Shown here piece after piece: positions 25,458-30,526 of a stretch of 30,526 bases of DNA. Source of the DNA: a virus (lineage: Duplodnaviria; Heunggongvirae; Uroviricota; Caudoviricetes); the IMG/VR virus record IMGVR_UViG_3300032046_000009. One strand, given 5' to 3'. A model generated the notes under the pieces. That model had not been told where the DNA came from. It ran no database searches and saw only the letters and a program-made list of their open reading frames with translations. A program made the position numbers and the translations under genes. How positions within the stretch are numbered: the stretch's first letter is position 1; every line of letters begins with the position of its first letter.

Positions 25458-25684
25458 GGTGTTCCAACCTTACTAGACTGTTCATTTTCTTCCTTATAAA
25501 CCTTACGGTTATCATACCCAAAAGGTTTGAGAAATTCTTCCATATTATCCAACCGAGCATCTATTCTATCCAAACGACAAAACATATTTCGTATCCAGAC
25601 ATATTGAGCGTGGGATTGCTTATTTCTCGGTGCTATTCCCGCTGGACGGTTGTACTTCTTCTTTTCTTTTTCCGCCATGTTCAT
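25454..25684 (-). CDS. Hypothetical protein with short coiled coil
   Basis: Co-oriented with an ATGA overlap into the next gene; RLDRIDARLDNMEEFL heptad pattern. Confidence 0.55.
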   Translation of the reverse strand: MNMAEKEKKKYNRPAGIAPRNKQSHAQYVWIRNMFCRLDRIDARLDNMEEFLKPFGYDNRKVYKEENEQSSKVGTP

Positions 25685-25767
25685 ACTGCCTTTTCAAATT
25701 TTCTAATTGTTCGTCCCACTTTTCTTGTGAAACTTCTTTCTTTTTTGGTCTATTTTTTCTTTGATTT

Positions 25768-26496
25768 TTATTCGTCTATTTCACCTTTGTTTTTATTTCT
25801 CCAATGAATATATCTTCTTTTCCAATAGAAAAACTTAGCAACCTTTCTTCCAAGAACTTCTTGTAACCACGGTTCAGGAATTTGCATTCCACTTTCTTTG
25901 GTATAAAATTTTGCAAGATTTAAACCATAACCAATCATTCCTATTTTTCTATCTGGATTTGTTTCTTGATGAACGTGAGGGCAAATACCATCATTACGAT
26001 TCTTTCCCATATTACAATTGAAACAAAGAACCTGAAACCCTTCTTTTGGATACCCGTTTTCTTTAAGCCAAAGATATAAATTCTTTTTAATTTGTTTTCG
26101 ATGACGATTCCCAAATCCATTAATATGGTCAATAGTAAGAAACTTTATCTCAGTTTCGCCGCAACACGCACATTTAGGCGGATTACCACCATAATGTTTT
26201 AATCCTTCTATAATCAAATTGTAACGATATTTCTTACTTGATTTCTTATGAACTTCTGGATGAATTTTTCCATATTCTTTTTGATTACTTAACATTTTCT
26301 TTTTGTTTTTTGCATAATAATCACGAAGATATGTAATAGGTCTAAGATATTTCTTGTTATATACATTATGGCATTTCTTACAAAAAGACTTCAAACCATC
26401 CTTACGCCTAACATCCTTTCCAAACTCATTTATAGACTTTGTTTCACCACATCGACAACATTTCTTTACACCATTCATATCATTTCTCACCGTCAT
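25768..26496 (-). CDS. HNH endonuclease with N-terminal Zn finger and unrelated C-terminal tail
   Basis: CCRCGETK...EF...CKKC, then CACCGE...TIDHINGFG...FQVLCFNCNMGK. Confidence 0.85.
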   Translation of the reverse strand: MTVRNDMNGVKKCCRCGETKSINEFGKDVRRKDGLKSFCKKCHNVYNKKYLRPITYLRDYYAKNKKKMLSNQKEYGKIHPEVHKKSSKKYRYNLIIEGLKHYGGNPPKCACCGETEIKFLTIDHINGFGNRHRKQIKKNLYLWLKENGYPKEGFQVLCFNCNMGKNRNDGICPHVHQETNPDRKIGMIGYGLNLAKFYTKESGMQIPEPWLQEVLGRKVAKFFYWKRRYIHWRNKNKGEIDE

Positions 26497-27661
26497 TAAT
26501 AATGGTGTTTCTTCTATTTAAATCTTTCGCTTTCTCTTTACGATTTCTGTAAATAGGACAACTATATTTATCACACCAGTTTAAATCGGAAATCGTGGTA
26601 CAACGATATGGTTTCCACTTATGACTTTTCTCTATCTCTGGAACTTTAGTTTTAAAGAACCACTCAAGTTGGTCCCGACATTTACTACTAATAGGATTAT
26701 CCCCGTCATAATCGTGAAAACATCTAAATAATTCCTTCATCTTTTCGAAAGTATTATACCCAGCCCAATATGCTTCAAGTTCAAGAGCCAAACGCATTTG
26801 ATGACCCATTTCCCCAGCTTCCATTCGCCGTTGAAAACAAGGTCTAATCTTGCCTACGAATCCATGAGACATTTCCCAATTCTCTTTATACTCTTCTTTG
26901 TTCTTAATAGCCGCGAGTTCCCTCTTTTTGATTTCATCGTATGCCAAACCAACCCCACGTAACCAATCCTCATCTTTCAGACCGTTTAACCTAAAATCGT
27001 CTATACCACGAAACTTGGCTTTTGTGATTTTATCCCCTTCTATATCCTCAATAAGATAGCATTCTTCACCACTTACTTCATGAACAGAAGTTGGTATTCT
27101 ACACATCCGTTTGAAATCTCCAATAACTGCATTATCGAGATATTCATAACCGCCTTTTTTGTCTCGCATAAATTCACGTTGAAGTTGATAATATGTCTCT
27201 TTAAGAACTTCCTCATTGTTGTCCGTTACCGTGTAAACTTTATCAAGATAGATATAAACATGGAATCCTTTTCTTGTTTTTACTACAAGCGGAACAATAC
27301 CTCTTCCCTTTAGCTTAGATAGGAAAAAGCTAACTTCTCTTTGCATTTCTACTTTTCTCTTCGCATAAACCGCTTCACGTTTAACTGGGTTTTTTATCCT
27401 TTTTTCCAATTGTTTTACAAAAGTCTTGTCTGCGTAGTCAAAGTCAAAAAACAACTTTTCTATTCCAGAAACTTTCTCGTGGGCATCTCTAGGATTAACA
27501 CTAATGAAAGCTGGCTTCTTCTGAACACAACAGTCTTCCATAAATTGAAATATGTCGTTAGGATTATCTGTAAAATGCTGTGCTGGGTCCGCCAGTTCTC
27601 TACCAAGCATCCCAAAAAATTCTAGAAGAAATTCCTCTTTAGATATATGGTCCTTATCCAA
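26480..27661 (-). CDS. priS: Archaeo-eukaryotic primase: PriS catalytic domain fused to a PriL-like Fe-S C-terminal domain
   Basis: AEP motifs LFFDFD, TRKGFHVY and RMCRIPTSVH. C-terminal RPC...GHQMR...DYD...YRC-x8-C-x4-C matches the four-Cys pattern of the PriL C-terminal domain. Confidence 0.85.
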   Translation of the reverse strand: MDKDHISKEEFLLEFFGMLGRELADPAQHFTDNPNDIFQFMEDCCVQKKPAFISVNPRDAHEKVSGIEKLFFDFDYADKTFVKQLEKRIKNPVKREAVYAKRKVEMQREVSFFLSKLKGRGIVPLVVKTRKGFHVYIYLDKVYTVTDNNEEVLKETYYQLQREFMRDKKGGYEYLDNAVIGDFKRMCRIPTSVHEVSGEECYLIEDIEGDKITKAKFRGIDDFRLNGLKDEDWLRGVGLAYDEIKKRELAAIKNKEEYKENWEMSHGFVGKIRPCFQRRMEAGEMGHQMRLALELEAYWAGYNTFEKMKELFRCFHDYDGDNPISSKCRDQLEWFFKTKVPEIEKSHKWKPYRCTTISDLNWCDKYSCPIYRNRKEKAKDLNRRNTIINDGEK

Positions 27662-27812
27662 TTAGATTTTCCTCACAATTTCGGTCTGCACGTTTTACAA
27701 ACATTTGTTGCCAATAATTGATACATCTTCGTCCTTCATTCTTTCCACAATATGGACATTCTTCACAACTTATCCAAGTACCATCTGGATGAGTAAAAAT
27801 ACTTTTCTCCAT
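27654..27812 (-). CDS. Small Cys-rich protein (52 aa; not in the ORF track)
   Basis: Manual translation MEKSIFTHPDGTWISCEECPYCGKNEGRRCINYWQQMFVKRADRNCEENLIG. It abuts the upstream TAG and overlaps the primase start by 8 nt, filling the gap exactly. Confidence 0.6.
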   Translation of the reverse strand: MEKSIFTHPDGTWISCEECPYCGKNEGRRCINYWQQMFVKRADRNCEENLIG

Positions 27813-28295
27813 CTAATCATCTACATATGTATCTTCTATGTATTCGAGATATTCTTTCCATGAAGAGAATATTTTAGTAGAACATCCCACAAGCCATGCT
27901 GGAAGTTTTATGGGCTTCAAACTTCTATCAGTTACAACGAGCAATGGCTTCTTGAGATAAAACTGCAAAGTTGCTTCACCATAAGTTCCACAGATTTCAT
28001 ATCCATTATCTTCTGGAACATAAAGAGTAACAAATGTACATTTTTCAACCATACTCAAGTCTGGGGGTATTATCGTATTCTTTGTAAAATCTCTTACTTT
28101 TTCTACTTGACCATTTTCCATCCACATTTTTAATTTAGCCCTATTCTTACCTAATCTGTCTCCACCACCAGAACCCATAGGATTCAAAACTTCTATTCTA
28201 AATCTTGACAATGAAGCAGTTATGTTTTCTCTCCATTCCATAGCACCCTTTTCAATGACTACACCTATAGGTCCAGCTAGATATGTACTTATCAT
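27813..28295 (-). CDS. Nucleoside 2-deoxyribosyltransferase / nucleotide N-glycosidase-like protein
   Basis: N-terminal YLAGPI...WR...L...VLNP, D-x-x-x-V and GT-x-x-E motifs of the NDT/Rcl-like flavodoxin fold. Confidence 0.8.
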   Translation of the reverse strand: MISTYLAGPIGVVIEKGAMEWRENITASLSRFRIEVLNPMGSGGGDRLGKNRAKLKMWMENGQVEKVRDFTKNTIIPPDLSMVEKCTFVTLYVPEDNGYEICGTYGEATLQFYLKKPLLVVTDRSLKPIKLPAWLVGCSTKIFSSWKEYLEYIEDTYVDD

Positions 28296-28717
28296 CTTTT
28301 TCCCATCTCTAATATCTTCTTTGCCAAGTCCACATTTTGCTCCTTTAGTCTCCTAGATACTTCGTCAATCACCTTAATAAACTTTTCCCTCGGTTCTCCA
28401 CGAAGAAGTTCGGCGACCATAGCAACACGAGAAGGATTAGCATAAAGCAATGCTCTAATTGCGTCACCAATTGGATGACACCCAAAGCAAAGTTCGCTAG
28501 TATTTTCTATAGCCAATATAGGATTTTCTCGTACTGTATTAGGTTGATAAGCATACCACCAATGATGAAGAGCGGTTACTCTTATTTCACCGTCAGCAAC
28601 AGATTTTCCACAAGAGTCGCATATATGCTTTCGGGGGTCAAATGGTAAAGTAACTACTATCCCATGACCGTGAGCAGTTTCATATCGTACTTTATAATCT
28701 TTCTTTTTCTCCGACAT
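28292..28717 (-). CDS. His-Me finger/HNH-like Zn-binding protein (probable start MSEKKK at 28717, not 28891)
   Basis: CDSCG...TALHHW...NTSELCFGCH. The ORF-track extension to 28891 overlaps the upstream gene in another frame. Confidence 0.6.
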   Translation of the reverse strand: MSEKKKDYKVRYETAHGHGIVVTLPFDPRKHICDSCGKSVADGEIRVTALHHWWYAYQPNTVRENPILAIENTSELCFGCHPIGDAIRALLYANPSRVAMVAELLRGEPREKFIKVIDEVSRRLKEQNVDLAKKILEMGKR

Positions 28718-28721
28718 TTTT

Positions 28722-28946
28722 TTATCTTCCAATTTTCCATTTTTTCCACAGGTCTTCGCCATATCTAGCGATGAAATCTCTGTCTTCTTGAGTAAGACTT
28801 CTGAGCCAATCCCTTCGCTTTTTGAGCCATTCTTCATGTCGTTCATCTCGTTCGTTTTGAGGTTCTGGTCGCTCATATTGTTCGTCCTCAAAAAATTCGT
28901 TTTCCTCTTTATATTGCTTAGGTTGTTGCTCAGGTTGTTCCGACAT
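28722..28946 (-). CDS. Small acidic/charged hypothetical protein (probable start MSEQPE at 28946)
   Basis: 74 aa that fit between neighbours with a short overlap and a 4-nt gap. Confidence 0.5.
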   Translation of the reverse strand: MSEQPEQQPKQYKEENEFFEDEQYERPEPQNERDERHEEWLKKRRDWLRSLTQEDRDFIARYGEDLWKKWKIGR

Positions 28947-29325
28947 CTTCCTCAGTTCCATCTTCTTCTGCATCACAATACATCGCTTCATAACATTCTT
29001 TATGGAAATAAAGATGTTTGCTACGATGATGTTTTGAAATTACATCTTGTGTCCATTTAACTACTGTTAATGAGATTTGAGTTTTACAAACAGAGCATTT
29101 GAGTAAAGATTTCTGTGTTGATTCTTGAAATTCCAAGTCATCTGGATAAGTAACTGGTGCATTGCAATTTGGACATTTTGTACTACCCATAACTACTATT
29201 TCTCTTCCAAAGCCTTTACCAACTTCGAAGATGCAATGAGTAGCACAACATTTAAGTGAGCCGTCTTTGAACATCCCTCTACCACGAAGAATAGATTCGA
29301 TGTGTGGTGTGTAAGTGAATCCCAT
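28930..29325 (-). CDS. Cys-rich Zn-finger hypothetical protein
   Basis: CCATHC, CPNC, CSVC and HKEC; AGGTGAG SD 3 nt before the ATG. Confidence 0.65.
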   Translation of the reverse strand: MGFTYTPHIESILRGRGMFKDGSLKCCATHCIFEVGKGFGREIVVMGSTKCPNCNAPVTYPDDLEFQESTQKSLLKCSVCKTQISLTVVKWTQDVISKHHRSKHLYFHKECYEAMYCDAEEDGTEEDVGTT

Positions 29326-29333
29326 ATTCTCAC

Positions 29334-30326
29334 CTAAACTGGGGGTTGCTCCATTTTTTCTTCTGTCTGCTCTTCGCCTTTCTTCTTCTTTTTCTCTTTG
29401 TCTTTTAGCTTTTCAGCCATTTCTCTTTCATATGATTCTGCTTTCTCAAGAACTTCTGCCGCTTTCTGAGTATCTGGTAAATCCTCTATTCCATTAATAG
29501 TTATGAGATATGGTCGCTCAGATAAAGGTTTCCAATCTGAATCAGTTAGTCGTGCAATGCGAAGGTTTCCCTGTGCCCGTCTTAGGAACATAACATATGA
29601 GGCTTGGTGTTCTATTGATGCCCCACCAACCGCGTGGAAACTTGCCCATTTTGGCATAAATGCACTAGCATTAGGCGACTCATAGATTTGTGTAGTGAAT
29701 ATCAGAGCGCATTCGTAAGCCTTTGCTATTTCTGTTCCAGTTATCATAAGTTCCCTAATCGGTGGTTGCTTCACTTGAAGTTCCTGTCGTCCCGCAAATT
29801 CTATTCCACGGAACAATTTTGTCAATGAATCGATGATTATTACGCCAATTTTTCCTATTCCTTCATCTGCTGGCGATGGCAATTGTGCAAGAGTCATCAT
29901 TAGTTCGACCCAATTTGCTGGCTGAAACAGTTTGATTTTGGCAAAGACAACTTTGTAATCTAATTTTCTTGAGTCACACATCTCTTTTATTCTGGACCAT
30001 TTGAATGAACCTTCGCAATCAATGTAAATGACTGTATCTGGGCATAGAACTGCAACTGTAAAACAAGTTTCAGTCTTTCCAGAACCATATTCTCCAAAGA
30101 GAAGCATGGACGAACCAGCCTCAAATCCGCCGCCTATCATATCATCAATAAGCGTCCCAGTTTTGAGTTTTATCTGAGCCTGTTCTTTGTCATATGCCGC
30201 AAATGGGTCAACTGGTTTTATCTTTTTGCCTTTATGGTCTTTGTAAAATTGAACTATCTTCTTCTCTTTTTGGTCTGCCAAATCGCCTATAATATCTGTA
30301 ATTTGCTTTTGTGTTTCCTCTGGCAT
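29334..30326 (-). CDS. radA: RadA/RadB-like RecA-family recombinase lacking the N-terminal HhH domain
   Basis: KTG...DDMIGGG, Walker A GEYGSGKT, YIDCEG (catalytic Glu), Walker B IIIDSL, FRGIEFAGRQEL and TTQI...GG-x-x-x-EH. Whether it is an orthologue or a paralogue of radA is unresolved. Confidence 0.9.
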   Translation of the reverse strand: MPEETQKQITDIIGDLADQKEKKIVQFYKDHKGKKIKPVDPFAAYDKEQAQIKLKTGTLIDDMIGGGFEAGSSMLLFGEYGSGKTETCFTVAVLCPDTVIYIDCEGSFKWSRIKEMCDSRKLDYKVVFAKIKLFQPANWVELMMTLAQLPSPADEGIGKIGVIIIDSLTKLFRGIEFAGRQELQVKQPPIRELMITGTEIAKAYECALIFTTQIYESPNASAFMPKWASFHAVGGASIEHQASYVMFLRRAQGNLRIARLTDSDWKPLSERPYLITINGIEDLPDTQKAAEVLEKAESYEREMAEKLKDKEKKKKKGEEQTEEKMEQPPV

Positions 30327-30526
30327 TAACCTGTCGCCGTCCTAATTCTAGGCATGAACTCATCTACTGCCTTTTTGATGTTTTCCCAATCCTTTTCGAA
30401 ATTTATTCCCATTTTCTGTTTTCGTTTCCAGCCGCCCATTTTATCATTCCATTGCCAGAGATAGACCATTATCTTATCATGCCCAAACATGTTGCCGAGC
30501 AAGACGGCACACCACCATTTTTGAGT
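30326..30526 (-). CDS. Partial ORF (5' end outside the window), possibly PC4-like single-stranded DNA-binding protein
   Basis: Manual translation ...TQKWWCAVLLGNMFGHDKIMVYLWQWNDKMGGWKRKQKMGINFEKDWENIKKAVDEFMPRIRTATG*. Its TAA overlaps the recombinase ATG. The strands + GW-x-x-K-x-K-x-G-I + helix pattern resembles the PC4/p15 fold. Confidence 0.5.
   Translation of the reverse strand, partial: TQKWWCAVLLGNMFGHDKIMVYLWQWNDKMGGWKRKQKMGINFEKDWENIKKAVDEFMPRIRTATG

Larger units (their letters stand above)
1..30526. mobile_element. Segment of a probable archaeal tailed virus or provirus genome (boundaries outside the window)
   Basis: Portal-like gene, fibre/adhesin gene, HNH genes, DUF5664 and a self-contained replication set (MCM, primase, RadA-like). 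All genes are co-oriented with archaeal promoters, and there are no ribosomal or core housekeeping operons. No terminase, capsid or integrase seen, so virus versus other large element is not fully settled. Confidence 0.75.

Noticed and set aside
7268-26132. Short nested minus-strand ORFs (7268-7516, 9893-10090, 19067-19336, 21474-21665, 25941-26132)
   Set aside because: They are alternative frames inside strongly supported genes, with no recognisable motifs or separate expression signals.
28718-28891. N-terminal extension of the 199-aa ORF (28292-28891)
   Set aside because: It overlaps the 28722-28946 gene in another frame. The Met at 28717 follows that gene's stop by 4 nt and gives a more plausible protein.
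1093-29828. All plus-strand ORFs in the track (e.g. 11262-11531, 15880-16125, 16147-16482, 18942-19409, 22930-23349, 25442-25807)
   Set aside because: They are antisense shadows of well-supported minus-strand genes, with F/S/I/L-rich composition and no motifs. The 'SIES' repeats are just the reverse-strand reading of the fibre repeat.
1-30526. Borg-like or plasmid element, DGR, tRNA/rRNA genes, integrase/att sites
   Set aside because: No perfect intergenic tandem repeats, reverse transcriptase, RNA-gene-like GC-rich stems or recombinase were seen. The portal-like and fibre genes favour a tailed virus.

Overview
All credible genes (about 28) lie on the minus strand, in an AT-rich sequence with archaeal expression signals: TTTAWATA-type TATA boxes ahead of 8 transcription units, GGTGA Shine-Dalgarno motifs and an oligo-T terminator. 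The content best fits part of a large archaeal tailed virus or provirus; a Bathyarchaeia-like host is my unverified guess. In transcription order (right to left) there are four parts. (1) A replication/nucleotide block: partial PC4-like SSB candidate, RadA-like recombinase, Zn-finger and HNH proteins, nucleoside 2-deoxyribosyltransferase-like protein, a fused PriS-PriL primase and a DUF5664 dATP/dGTP diphosphohydrolase-like protein. (2) A structural block: portal-like protein with a long C-terminal extension, a free-standing HNH gene, two small virion-type proteins and a 2287-aa fibre/adhesin with three DUF2341-like modules, an inserted glycosidase-like beta-propeller and a hierarchical 15/14-aa repeat shaft. 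(3) An MCM helicase and a membrane-anchored Lon protease. (4) An 8-gene sugar synthesis/tailoring operon that runs off the left edge. No terminase, major capsid protein, integrase, RNA gene or CRISPR array was recognised. Family calls come from recalled motifs; no database searches were run.
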